DNA of 63,747 nucleotides, counting the filler, from Octopus bimaculoides (lineage: Eukaryota), in NCBI RefSeq assembly GCF_001194135.2. It is 4 parts of 4 records of this genome, joined end to end, with 100 filler letters (N's around TTAATTAATTAA, not from the genome) between each part and the next. Parts side by side here need not be neighbours in the genome. Positions count along the whole stretch, not along the records: positions 1 to 25,999 come from NC_069001.1; 3 more parts are not named here. One strand, given 5' to 3'. Position 1 is the first letter of the stretch. Every line of letters starts with the position of its first letter. The notes under the pieces are model-generated. The model saw only the letters and a list, made by a program, of their open reading frames with translations, had not been told where the DNA came from and ran no database searches. A program made the position numbers and the translations under genes. Below, in pieces: positions 1 to 12,309 of the stretch.

Positions 1-45
<45 letters not shown>

Positions 46-82
46 ACACACACAGAAATACACACACACACATATATGTATG
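1..82. repeat. (TA)n/(CA)n microsatellite
   Basis: Direct reading of the sequence. Confidence 0.95.
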
Positions 83-379
83 TATATCGACTCAAAGATA
101 TATATACATCATATTTCTATTTTCTAATAAATCTGCAAAAATGTCGAAATATTTTGAGATTTCAATATTTCCAACCTTATTATTGTTATTGATACGCAAG
201 TTGTGATTAATATTACTCTCGCTGAGTCGATCGATTTTTGTTTAATATTTTGTAACGCGTCTTGTTATTACTGTTGTTGTTATTCTTGTTGTTGTTGGCT
301 GTGGTGGTGTCGGCGGGATTGGTGACGCTCGAGATAATTGCGCGTTAAGCCTAACGTTATTATTGTTCTTTAAGCTCGT

Positions 380-720
380 GGCTTCCTTCCCTATGTTTAA
401 TCAATGGCGTTCACATCGTCAACATCTCGTCTTCTATTTAGACATTCACCGCCTGAATCACAACATGGCTGGTGTCATTTCTCTGTGTGATGTTCTTCTG
501 TTTAATTTCTTGCCCACTCTGATTGAGCAGATCTTTTCCCGTGGCAAAGTGACCAAGCCACATTAATGTTTTCGTTCCCCGTCTAAGACACCAGGGATGT
601 CCTTGAAGAGACATTACGTCTGTTGGTTTTAGGATGAAATTTCAGATAGGCATGGAAGTTAATGCTGCCAGGTGAATGGACTGCGGACGGTTCCGTCTGG
701 GGTTTTAGGTCGAAACTTTA
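380..720 (-). mobile_element. Possible degraded RTE-like LINE 3' coding remnant
   Basis: Minus strand gives KTLMWLGHF, resembling the RRLxWLGHV motif of LINE RT C-termini; otherwise heavily decayed. Confidence 0.3.
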
Positions 721-867
721 TTAAAGGATAGTATGGTGATTGTTGTTGTTGTTGTTGTTGTTGTTGTTATGCAACGAATATATCCGTAATGTTGGTGCTA
801 GTGATGGTGGCGATACTGGTTTTCATTTTGTTGTAATGCACCCAGTCCAACTCTGGGCGTATACAGA

Positions 868-1088
868 GCTATGATGATGATGAGGATGATGATGATGATG
901 ATGATGATGAAGGTGGTGGTGCTGGTGTTGGAGGTGGGGTGATTGGGTTGGTGATGATGATCACGAGGGTAATGATGACGATAATTACGTTGATCATGAC
1001 GAAGACGATGATGATGACGATGATGATGACGACGGTGACGATGATGATGATAATGAAGATAATCATCATCATCATCATCATCATCATG
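868..1088. repeat. Degenerate (GAT)n/(CAT)n trinucleotide array
   Basis: Direct reading; explains ORFs 869..1219 and 939..1199. Confidence 0.95.
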
Positions 1089-1089
1089 A

Positions 1090-1277
1090 ATCTCATCAGA
1101 ACGCTGGGCGAATGCTTAGCGGCATTTCGTCCGTCTTCATGTTCTGAGTTCAAATTCAGCCGGGCTCGACTTAGCCATTCATTTTTTTGGAGTCGATAAA
1201 ATAAGTACAGGTTGAACACTGGTTTCGATTTAGCGCCTCTCCCAAACTTGCAGATCCCGAGCCAAAATTTGAGACCC
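1090..1277 (+). mobile_element. SINE family C (tRNA-like head; central GTCGAC..TTTCATCCTTTCGGGGTCGATAAA..AGTACCAG domain)
   Basis: B-box GAGTTCAAATTC; aligns by eye with copies at 13775, 24350, 51058 and 63447. Confidence 0.8.
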
Positions 1278-1306
1278 TTCTTCTTCTTCTTAATATCATT
1301 GTTATC

Positions 1307-1337
<31 letters not shown>

Positions 1338-1849
1338 TAAATCGACAGAAGTTATTGAGACAGTGAGCAAATAATTTTGAATTATGTGTCCCGATATAAC
1401 CTGCGTAAGTGCCATACACGAAAGTTTCGGTTCTCGTGTCGGTTTGGAAATTCTATCGATTTCAGAAAAAGGAAATATAAATATTCATGTACTGAGTTCT
1501 GTTTATCTTCTTTGCTCAGCCAAACCCGTATACGGGTATGTGCATGTGCGCTATAATAATTATTAGAATAAACAGCTCGCAGATATGACGACAATATTTA
1601 TTATGTGCAAACCAATTTGCGAAAGAGCTACATAAAAATAATGAAATGATATGTAATTAATGATAAAACAAACAGACATCCGAATGTAAACTTAAGCGAT
1701 ATGTATAGATGTGTGTGTGTGTGTAATCTCTGCAGCAGATATATAAACAAGAACATTTGACCATTTCTTCGCAGATTAAAAAAATAAAGGGATAAACGGC
1801 CTTAATAGACTTTTGGATCTTGCCTCAGAGGTGTCTACATTATGCCAAC

Positions 1850-2290
1850 TGATATCTTAGATATAATCCATTTATGTACTCAGATTAGCCGCTAGCTACA
1901 GAACAAAAATTACTACTTTGCATTCTATACGTGATTAACGCTTTCTTTAATCAGTGGCCCGACCAGGTGATGTTAATTCATGCAGAGGTTTTGGTATAAT
2001 TTATTTTCCCCGATGAATTGCGCCTTTCGTGCCAAGTACTCATGTATTATCCCCTCAGCAGACCCGTGGGAGATCTACATCATCTCTTATTTCATGTCTC
2101 ATCACAATTTCTTTAGCTATCATAACTATATGTTGCTGACTTTGCGTTCGGAAATTTGGGCAAGAGAGTTTCTAGTCTCTTCTGCTGATGTTACTTCAGT
2201 GTCACAATATATGTTTCATATGACATCAATACATACTTAATACACTGGCTACCATCCTTCCTGGCTAGTATAGCCTGTCTACATCTATAA
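1850..2290 (-). mobile_element. Degraded R4/REL-type LINE fragment (post-RT region)
   Basis: Minus strand DVDRLY*PGRMV / RKDGS resembles the DxDRLYxPRKxGGRGL motif; multiple stops. Confidence 0.45.
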
Positions 2291-3496
2291 CAATGTTTAA
2301 GTTTCCACTAAAATTGAGCAGTTTGCAAGTTTGGACTTCTGTTTCGTCGCGTTAGTGCAGTGACCAACCCAGAATAAATGTAGGTGTGAGGAGATGCACC
2401 CCAATGTAGATGTAGGCGGTATAATAAACAGCGATAGGTGAACTGCGATGTGGCGAGGGGTTACTGTATATTGCCGCATACACATGCATACCTAAACACA
2501 TCCGAAAATGAAAACAGTGATAGTGTTTGCATTTCTTCATTTGTGAATGTATAAGTAAAGCTTGAGATATAAACGAGTTGAAATAAGAGATTAGAAAGGA
2601 GAAATCGGAATTAGAGAATAATATCTAGCAATCGAAGCTCACTCTCAAATTGAACGTGTAGCATAGCGATATGTATAGCATAGCGATTTTTCACTCCCAG
2701 CCTGTAAAAATCTTAGGTAAAATTGCGTACATCATAATACAATTTTTCAATTTTCCGTCACTCAATAGATACAATTTATCGAACTACTGCATGGTGGGAT
2801 AAATAAATGTTATTAAGTATTATTAATAAGCTTTTTTATGTATGTATACGCGTGTTTACACACACAAGTACACACGTATATATAAGTATATAAACATATA
2901 TATATATANNNNNNNNNNNNNNNNNNNNNNNNNNNNNNNNNNNNNNNNNNNNNNNNNNNNNNNNNNNNNNNNNNNNNNNNNNNNNNNNNNNNNNNNNNNN
3001 NNNNNNNNNNNNNNNNNNNNNNNNNNNNNNNNNNNNNNNNNNNNNNNNNNNNNNNNNNNNNNNNNNNNNNNNNNNNNNNNNNNNNNNNNNNNNNNNNNNN
3101 NNNNNNNNNNNNNNNNNNNNNNNNNNNNNNNNNNNNNNNNNNNNNNNNNNNNNNNNNNNNNNNNNNNNNNNNNNNNNNNNNNNNNNNNNNNNNNNNNNNN
3201 NNNNNNNNNNNNNNNNNNNNNNNNNNNNNNNNNNNNNNNNNNNNNNNNNNNNNNNNNNNNNNNNNNNNNNNNNNNNNNNNNNNNNNNNNNNNNNNNNNNN
3301 NNNNNNNNNNNNNNNNNNNNNNNNNNNNNNNNNNNNNNNNNNNNNNNNNNNNNNNNNNNNNNNNNNNNNNNNNNNNNNNNNNNNNNNNNNNNNNNNNNNN
3401 NNNNNNNNNNNNNNNNNNNNNNNNNNNNNNNNNNNNNNNNNNNNNNNNNNNNNNNNNNNNNNNNNNNNNNNNNNNNNNNNNNNNNNNNNNNNNNNN

Positions 3497-3540
<44 letters not shown>

Positions 3541-4051
3541 CACGTATACACAAACAGTCGTAAACATACATGTGTGCCCCTCACCATATATATGCATATA
3601 TATATATATATATATGTATATGCATATATATATATATATATATATATATAAATGTTTGTAATCATATATTTACCAGTATGTATGTACGGTTGGATAAATG
3701 TGGGTACGTAATTTGTATGCGTGAATGTATATATATGTAAGTGTGTCTCTGTACTTTCACATGTATAGCTGAGTTTAAAAAAAAAAAACAAAGAAAGAAA
3801 CATGCTTTTAAGCTCAATATTAAATTTCCCTGTCTTGAAATATTTTCTTTTCATTTTGAAAATGGCCATTATCATAATTACAGTAATAATAAGAATGTAT
3901 TAATATCATTATTAATATTGTTCTTATTGTCATTTAGATCATGTTATTCGTTTTTCTATATTAAAACATTATTGATATTCTAGATCCAAATGTTTATATG
4001 TGTGTGGTTGCAGAAAGAGAATAAGCGTGTGAGTTAGAGAGTAAAGCAGAG

Positions 4052-4056
4052 AGGGA

Positions 4057-4129
<73 letters not shown>
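4052..4129. repeat. (GA)n microsatellite
   Basis: Direct reading. Confidence 0.95.
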
Positions 4130-4132
<3 letters not shown>

Positions 4133-4766
4133 AGGAAAGCAAATGTGGTTTGCAGAGGAGAAAAACGACGAAATATAACATAATGTAGTTTATTTTATAT
4201 TAAATTATTATGGCATGGTATGCTTCATGGTTTGTCGCTCGATAAGCCGAAGACATGAGGCTGTAATAAAATCAGATAGCATATTAAGACATCTCCTCTT
4301 TTACGATGTCACTTTATACCTCTTACTTATCTTCACCCTGTCTCATAGTTTTCCTCTCGCCACCCCCTCTCTCTCTCTCTCTTGCTGTCTCCCATAGCAA
4401 TTTATTTCAATCCTTCTTTCTCACTCACACCAATTCTTACGCCATGTTTCTTCGTTTTTATTTTTGACTTTCTTTCATAGCTGTCCTTCTGGCTGGTTAT
4501 TTATTACCTAAATATCTAATATGCTAGATCTGAGCATTTGTCGAACTAGTTCTTATATGTATTTATTTTAGTTTTCCTTACTCTATTAATTTATTTGGTT
4601 TCAATTTGTTAACGGCTTACACAATACATGTTCCATTATTTCATTCTGCAGCGAGATGAAAGCCGATTATTCATTCATACGCTTACACCGACACCCAAAC
4701 ACGACGAAAACATCACGTGTCTCTATATTTCTATGTCTGCCACAGACGCAGTAATACCCGACAGGG

Positions 4767-4809
<43 letters not shown>

Positions 4810-4810
<1 letters not shown>

Positions 4811-6094
4811 CTATATATATAAAAATGAGAATGTGTGTCTGTCTGTCTGTCTGAATCCCTAAAACTCAAGAACTACGCAACCAATTTCATTCAAATTTTA
4901 CACATGCCTTACTTAGGGTTCCAGTTGTGTATTAGTCAAAAAAAGTTTTTAACTTCTTGCAGAGTTCGAGCCCACGGCAACATAATATCTCCTCCACTAT
5001 TTAAGTATTACGTGTCAAAAGTGAAACAAAAACACTCATGTCAAATACTTTCACTTTAAAAATGAAACTATTCTACTAACTGAAACAATCATATTTNNNN
5101 NNNNNNNNNNNNNNNNNNNNNNNNNNNNNNNNNNNNNNNNNNNNNNNNNNNNNNNNNNNNNNNNNNNNNNNNNNNNNNNNNNNNNNNNNNNNNNNNNNNN
5201 NNNNNNNNNNNNNNNNNNNNNNNNNNNNNNNNNNNNNNNNNNNNNNNNNNNNNNNNNNNNNNNNNNNNNNNNNNNNNNNNNNNNNNNNNNNNNNNNNNNN
5301 NNNNNNNNNNNNNNNNNNNNNNNNNNNNNNNNNNNNNNNNNNNNNNNNNNNNNNNNNNNNNNNNNNNNNNNNNNNNNNNNNNNNNNNNNNNNNNNNNNNN
5401 NNNNNNNNNNNNNNNNNNNNNNNNNNNNNNNNNNNNNNNNNNNNNNNNNNNNNNNNNNNNNNNNNNNNNNNNNNNNNNNNNNNNNNNNNNNNNNNNNNNN
5501 NNNNNNNNNNNNNNNNNNNNNNNNNNNNNNNNNNNNNNNNNNNNNNNNNNNNNNNNNNNNNNNNNNNNNNNNNNNNNNNNNNNNNNNNNNNNNNNNNNNN
5601 NNNNNNNNNNNNNNNNNNNNNNNNNNNNNNNNNNNNNNNNNNNNNNNNNNNNNNNNNNNNNNNNNNNNNNNNNNNNNNNNNNNNNNNNNNNNNNNNNNNN
5701 NNNNNNNNNNNNNNNNNNNNNNNNNNATATACTTACATTGTGATTTCTGCAATGTGGTGCATAAATTGTCGAGTAAATGAGACGCATCTTTGCCTCCACT
5801 GATTCACTTGCAAAGTGTTGAGTAAAATTATTTCGTTGCAGACCTCCTTTGGGTCTTTTTATTATCACTGCGACATACATAGTCCCCAGTTGGTAACATT
5901 GATTTCAAGGCCCTCCTAGATGAGAGACTGGCATTCCACTTAATGTCTATGTTCCATGCTGGCATGGATTGGAGAGTTATTAATGTAGAAATATGGTATC
6001 GTAGCTACTAACAGTTGAGGGTTGCGTAGTCTAGACGGCGTTTTTAGATTTCATTATTCTCTTTAACCCGGGCAAAGCCGGGTATTTCTGCTAG
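4810..6094 (+). mobile_element. Non-autonomous Helitron (ends separated by an N gap)
   Basis: 5' A^TC at 4810 followed by TATATATAAAA and a (GTCT)n tract; 3' hairpin CCCGG-GCAAAG-CCGGG (6067-6082), then CTAG (6091-6094)^T. These are canonical Helitron termini in an AT target. Gap 5097-5726 means the two ends may belong to different copies. Confidence 0.7.
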
Positions 6095-6109
6095 TATATA
6101 TATATATAT

Positions 6110-6321
6110 TCTTTTACTTGTTTCAGACATTTGACTGCGGCTATGCTGGAGCATCGCATTTAGTCGAACAAATCGACCCCAGGACTTATTCTTTGTAAGC
6201 CTAGGACTTATTCTATCGGTCCCTTTTACCGAACAGCCATATTACGGGTACCTAAACACACCAACATCAGTTGTCAAGTGATGGTGGGGGAGAAACACAG
6301 ACATACAAATACACACACACG

Positions 6322-6397
<76 letters not shown>

Positions 6398-6488
6398 NNN
6401 NNNNNNNNNNNNNNNNNNNNNNNNNNNNNNNNNNNNNNNNNNNNNNNNNNNNNNNNNNNNNNNNNNNNNNNNNNNNNNNNNNNNNNNN

Positions 6489-6528
<40 letters not shown>

Positions 6529-6686
6529 CGTCGGTCTTCTTTCAGTTACCATCTACCAAGTCCATTCACAAGGATTTAGTCGGCCCGTTGCTATAGCAGA
6601 AGACAATTGCACAAGGTGGTACGCAGTGGGACTGAACCCGTGACTATGTGGCTGAGAAGCAAGCTTCTTACCACACAGCCACGCCT
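6110..6686 (-). mobile_element. SINE family A/B (tRNA head, CORE-like segment, internal (TA)n(TG)n, tail)
   Basis: Reverse complement of the copy at 6966-7358; A-box TGGCTGTGTGG, B-box GGTTCAGTCCC. Confidence 0.9.
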
Positions 6687-6965
6687 ATACAAACACACAC
6701 AAACACACATGAATTATATATATAAAAAAAGCAAAATGGGACAAGAACGCAAACTATCCAGACAGTTAAATGACACAAAAAAGGGGACAGAAAACTTCCA
6801 AACAGACGATACAAAGAAAACAAGAACGGGTCATTCGGAGCGTCAGATATTAGAGTACAGATTTAATTTTATAAAAAAACAGTTCTATAATAACAGACGA
6901 TAAAACTCTTTATCAAAAACTGCTATGCGGATAAAAATAAGACTTCTTTTCTATAATGTTATCCA

Positions 6966-7127
6966 AGCGCAGGAGTGGTTGTGTGGTAAGCAGCGTGTTT
7001 ACCAACCACATGGTTCCAGGATTAGTCCCGCTGCGTGGCAGCTTGCGCAAGTGTCTTCTACTATAGCCTCGGGCCGACCAAAACCTTGTGAGTGTATCTG
7101 GTAGACGGAAACTGAAAGAAGCCCGTC

Positions 7128-7161
<34 letters not shown>

Positions 7162-7358
7162 TTGTGTGTTTGTGTTTGTCTCGCCACCAATGGTTGACAA
7201 TCGATGTTGATGTTTATGTCTCCGCAAATTAGCAGTTCGACAAAAGAATCGATAGAATAAGTACTAGGCTTACAAGGAATAAGTCCTGGTGTCGATTTGA
7301 TCGACTAAAGGTGGTGTTTCAGCATGGCCGCAATCAAATGACTGAAACATATAAAAGA
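6966..7358 (+). mobile_element. SINE family A/B, full length
   Basis: Head AGCGCAGGAGTGGTTGTGTGGTAAG, internal (TA)n, tail ending GACTGAAACATATAAAAGA; many in-window homologues. Confidence 0.9.
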
Positions 7359-7559
7359 ATTTTGGGCTGTATATTTAACATAGTTTACATGTTTGAATAA
7401 CTCAAGAGCGGATTTATTCACTCAGCTCAATCTAATTGTCTACATACCCATCAGGAGAATCATTCGGACCGTACTTATGTACCATGTTTGATATTTACAT
7501 AATATTGTCGCGTGTGTATTTTATTCCGAGCTAACGACGTACCTCAATTTAAGGACCTA

Positions 7560-8400
7560 ATTCAACTGAATTTTACTCAGTTTGCTAGGATAGCTGATGA
7601 AATTGAGATGAAGCACGAAAAAAGAGCTGACGTAGGGCTCCGACAGGCTTACTGAGAGGGTAATGCATGCGTACTTGAAAGGAAAGCCATCGGGGAAAAC
7701 TCATATCAAAAGCTTGGCGTCGATTAACCATAATGTTCTGAGAACATACCTTGAAGCTACTCTTATGCAATTCAACAGCAAGAGATCACCAACAAGTATT
7801 TACAACACGAGAATTAAAGACCATTGACAGAGAGCAAATGTAGAGTGTTCAATGCTAAAATTGCGGATATCAACCACATTATTGCGAACTGCGAGAGAAG
7901 GTCTTTTAGATATTAATTTCCGATGGAGTATAATGCGGTGGCCATAATGGTCTGGAAGAGAATAATAAAGGAAACAAAAAATAGAATACCAACAGACAAT
8001 ATCGACTATAGTAAAGACCGATAATTCAAGAGAATATTGGTGGAACTCAAAAATTAATACAAACAAGTTAAAAGATGACCGATCAGATATTGTGAGAATC
8101 ACAAGAAAAAGATATAATTTGTTTTGGAAATCAACTGCTGTCAGGATATGCGAGTAAGAAACTACAGGAGACAGATTACACCTATGGAATATTGATAAAA
8201 AGTTTTCAAATCCAATACCAACGATACAGTTTGTGCTTCAGATCTACTGTTATTGGAGCAGCAGGGTATTTACTAAGCTGCTCGGTGCAAGAACTTCTTA
8301 AAATTTTAAGGATGATGAGCAAAGCAAGATGTCTTCTTTCACAAATTTGCAACCAAGCAGATAGCCAGTCAAATTGGACTCAAAATTAAATAGATAGAAA
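7560..8400 (+). mobile_element. R4/REL-endonuclease-type LINE 3' remnant
   Basis: Decayed zinc knuckle SKCRVFNAKIADINHIIANC, DRSDIV (RPDIV-like), TVIGAAGY; stops and frameshifts. Confidence 0.7.
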
Positions 8401-8454
8401 GGAAATCAACATATATACATACATTCATACATGAAAATACCTACGCTGAACTAT

Positions 8455-8858
8455 TTAGAAATTTGCAGTTACTATATCCTGTAATTATTGGGGATCTGGG
8501 ATATCTAACTTACTGCTTGAATACCTGATTTGAAAAATTAGAATTCTGAAAACCAGAAAGGAGAAAGCTGATTCGAAGACTACAGATCCAATCCGTCATT
8601 AGAAGTGTAAAAGTCCATAAAACTTTCCAGAAGTTTATCACTTAAGTATATATGAGCATGTCTAGATATGCAATTATATGCATCAGAAGACATACATAAA
8701 ATAAAACATACAAATCTGCACTATACATACATACATACAATATACCCTGTTAATGTCGAAATTCCAGTGAAGGAGCCTTGGATCTAGGTTAGAAACCGGC
8801 TTTGTCTCTATTGGCAAGAAATCTTGAAATAAAACTGTATAATGACATACATACATAG
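8455..8858 (+). mobile_element. Second REL-type LINE 3' end with 3' UTR and (CATA)n tail
   Basis: NLQLLYPVIIGDLGYLTYCLNT*FEKLEF*KPERRKLIRRLQIQSVIRSVKVHKTFQKF, homologous to 8190-8390, followed by UTR and CATA repeats. Confidence 0.75.
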
Positions 8859-9575
8859 TTGAGTGTTACACGTCATATGACATACAACGATGGGAAAATA
8901 TTTTCACCATTGTTGTAACAACAGATAATGCTACGAAAAATAATTTTGATTTCGCTTCTTTTTCTTTTTTCTATTCCCTGATGCTTATACAAATAACGTA
9001 TTGATTTCCATGTTTGAAAATACAAATATCTATTAATTTATAATAAAATTTAAATAGATGCTACATTAGTATGTTTGCAATAAGTTTTAATCAACCATAA
9101 TACTTTTTTAATTATCAGTTTGTACAGATATAGTATATTAATTCAGTTGAGGTTTGTGTGAGACTTTTAGCAAGACCAAGCAACCAGAACTTCATATTTT
9201 AGCGGAGTGTTACCTATCACAATGCCATGATTTCATGTTAGGAATATACTTTTTCCACTCGTTAATAGTAGTAAAAGTTACATAGGTACAATACTTAAAA
9301 GTTCAGTTTTTTTTTATCGAAGTTTATACAGTTTAGAGACAATAATGAAATGTAAATGTAACTAATTCGGAAAAAACAACATATATTTAGCTTTGAATAA
9401 GGTTAAATAAAATAGGTTTCCTCATTTGTACATTAGCAATAAATATATGTTTTCAATAAATATAAGTGTTTAAAACTCCATTACATCAATCTAGTAATAG
9501 TCTAGTAATGAATTGTCGTAAAAAATGCCAGAAATTACACAATTTCACTATATATATACAAACACACACACACGC

Positions 9576-9621
<46 letters not shown>

Positions 9622-10240
9622 ACACACACATATCAGTTCAAAACACAACCAATTTTTACCAGCATTTGATCTATTGATCTAAAAGTATTCAATCAGTTAT
9701 CAGTCCTTTACATAACTACACCAAAACAAAGATGTTAAAAATTTTCCAAATCACTCTTATACACTCACGTAATAAAACATCGCGACTGATATACCATAAA
9801 ATTCAAATTTGGTCAAGGATACTTACGACTGGTTTTCACCCTCATTCTCAATTGTTCTCTAATTATGTTTACACTGCATTCCCAATTCATTTTCATTATT
9901 TTTTTTTTCCTGTTCGTATGAGAGACTCTGGGTCTGGGTTAATAATTCCTGGCTCAGTGCGATCTCAGTTCAAATCTTGTCCAAGATATCTTTACTTTTT
10001 ATTTGTTCAGGGTAGATGAATAGATTACCAATTCACTGCTAGGTTAATTCTTTTATCTGCCTTATTTTCTCAATATTTCTCTGTCTCTCAAAAAGACATT
10101 TGTTGCGGTTAGGCCTGGGAAAGTATGAGCTCCACCAGGTCCGATGAATGCGACAACTATAGCCTCACAACTCCATTAGGTGTTGTATGCCTAATGAGTA
10201 GCGAATAATATATATATGTATATATATACATATATATATA

Positions 10241-10425
10241 AATTTCTCAAAATACAATGTTTATACAGAAAAGATTTTATAACATTTTTCTAACATTTTT
10301 CCAACATTTTCCTGACATAATTTAAATATGTAATTTAACCATGTAACACAAGCCTTCTGTAGTTTTTTCACTCTTATTATCTTTTATACATCCAACCACG
10401 TGCTTTCACATACCAACTTTCTCAC
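10241..10425. repeat. Short interspersed element flanked by (TA)n arrays
   Basis: 10344-10425 matches the reverse complement of 26106-26187 with one mismatch. Confidence 0.8.
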
Positions 10426-10426
10426 C

Positions 10427-10457
<31 letters not shown>

Positions 10458-12309
10458 CAATTTTACAGAAAGCAAAAGTCGAAGACAGGTGAAAGAACAA
10501 TTAGTATGTGTATTAGTTTGACGCTCGGGAAGAATGGAAAAGTCTGGCACTTTGAGTCTATGGTCTTCGACAGAAAGGGTTGAAAGGGGGGAAAAAAGGA
10601 GAGAGGACGAAAAAAGAAAACAAAAAATCGGATATATATATTCAAGTCTATATATAATATCTTTTCTTCATCTATATAGATGAAACTTTTTTTCACTTTA
10701 TGCAACGTAGCTCTTCTGTCATTACTGATACAACTAAAACTATATCACACAAGACAAACATCTTTCACCGAACTCACAGAATATTTCAGCTTCGAAAATT
10801 TCCAAATTCTATACAAAGTCCATTATGATTCTATGCCCTGACACCGAACATAGGACGCCACTTTCCCAAATCCAGGGTGTGTTCGGTGTCTTTCTAATGA
10901 CGCATGCGTATCAGTGATATGCTGCTATATCTCAATAACTCAAACGCTTTAAATTTTTTCTTGGAGTTTTTCTTTTATTTGTTTTATCTGGAGAGTGAAG
11001 TCTTCAAGTTCGGTGAAATTGATTGCATTAACACTGCACTTGAGAACTGTTGAGTGCCAGCACCTGCAAGAGTATCATGAGCTGCGAGAAGGTCTTTGAT
11101 GGACGATGTTGAAATGAAGGACTTGGTTCAAGTGATCGTTGTTTCACGCAGATAAGTGCGATAAGATCATTAACGACTCATGAGTTAGAAATATGTTATT
11201 GGAGAGGCTACATGAATCCCGCTGGCTCTGTGGTGCAGAGTCGATTAAAGTAGTGGTAGAAGAGCTAGAGAAGAAGGCATACAGATGAATATATGGGTAC
11301 TATTTTTAGTAAAATTTAGTAGTCTCACAGAAACGTCTTTCTTGGCAACCCAGCAGAACATAAGTAACTTTTCGGTAACCTCCATCCACTAACTCAGTTG
11401 CGAAGGACATGTTATATCATCACTTTCTCAGAGCAAATAAACGATTTAAAATGAACGAGTATCCTTGTATCAGAAACAAGATATATCATCTGTCGATGTA
11501 TAAGTTCTTTGTCGAGCATACATGATCATGGCTTACACTTAATCTGTTGCATCTCATGATGCATTCCATTCACGATAATATGGCTGATCTTCCCATGGAG
11601 CCTATTGTTTGGTTGTGACCCTGAAGTATTTTTCTGCAATGCATTATCTATTTCAATCTTTACCTTTTTATCATACAAGCCAGTTCATATAAGACTTTTC
11701 TTATTTCTTGTCCCATTCTATGAAAGAAAGCATGCTTTGCTTTCTTCAGTGCTACAACATAACCTTATTATTTATTTCTCTGAGAGCTCCCAATCTCATC
11801 TTTTTGCCTGCAAACTCATGGCGTTAAAATAAAACAAAAGGCTATTATTTCTTCTTCTTTCGGAGACGGAGAACGTTTTTCAAATGATGCTTTAACATTG
11901 CTGATATGTTAAAGCCACTTGACAAAGTTTCCCTGCAACTAACACATCAAGGCATTTCTCATTCTTTGATGATTATAAATATCAATCCATACAAAATATA
12001 TAAATAATTATATTTTCTTCTTTCAACACTTATATTTGGATTCAAATTCCCAGAATGAAATATTAGAGTATTGTAAGCTAACTATAAATACAATATTTCC
12101 ATAGAGGAAATGAAATATTAATCTTTATTCTTAATTTAGTGTGGCATTCAATAAATCATATTCTGAGATTGAATTTCTTTTTAAAGGATTTTTTTTGTCT
12201 ATTTTTTTCTTCCTCTACATAGAGGCAGTGTATCAACTCATAAACTATTGTTTCAACTCTATGAGAAAGCGGGACAGGACTTACTGGCAACATCCGTTGT
12301 TTCTAATCC

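Noticed and set aside
2813-3875. Long ORFs of 230-340 aa here and at 5051, 19524, 32570 and 33738
   Set aside because: They are read-throughs of N gaps and flanking dinucleotide repeats.
8762-8808. Hammerhead-like string in the REL-LINE 3' UTR (CAGTGAAGGAGCC..AGGTTAGAAACCGG)
   Set aside because: The CUGANGA core is not present and the cleavage triplet and stem I cannot be formed.
10135-10206. Hammerhead-like debris (CCGATGAA..GCGAA) with an internal CATTAGG/CCTAATG hairpin
   Set aside because: The core is broken and truncated by (TA)n; it cannot be supported.
10760-11900. Coding-like decayed sequence with a faint LxRLHE (integrase zinc-finger-like) echo
   Set aside because: Motifs are too weak, and the strand too ambiguous, to assign.
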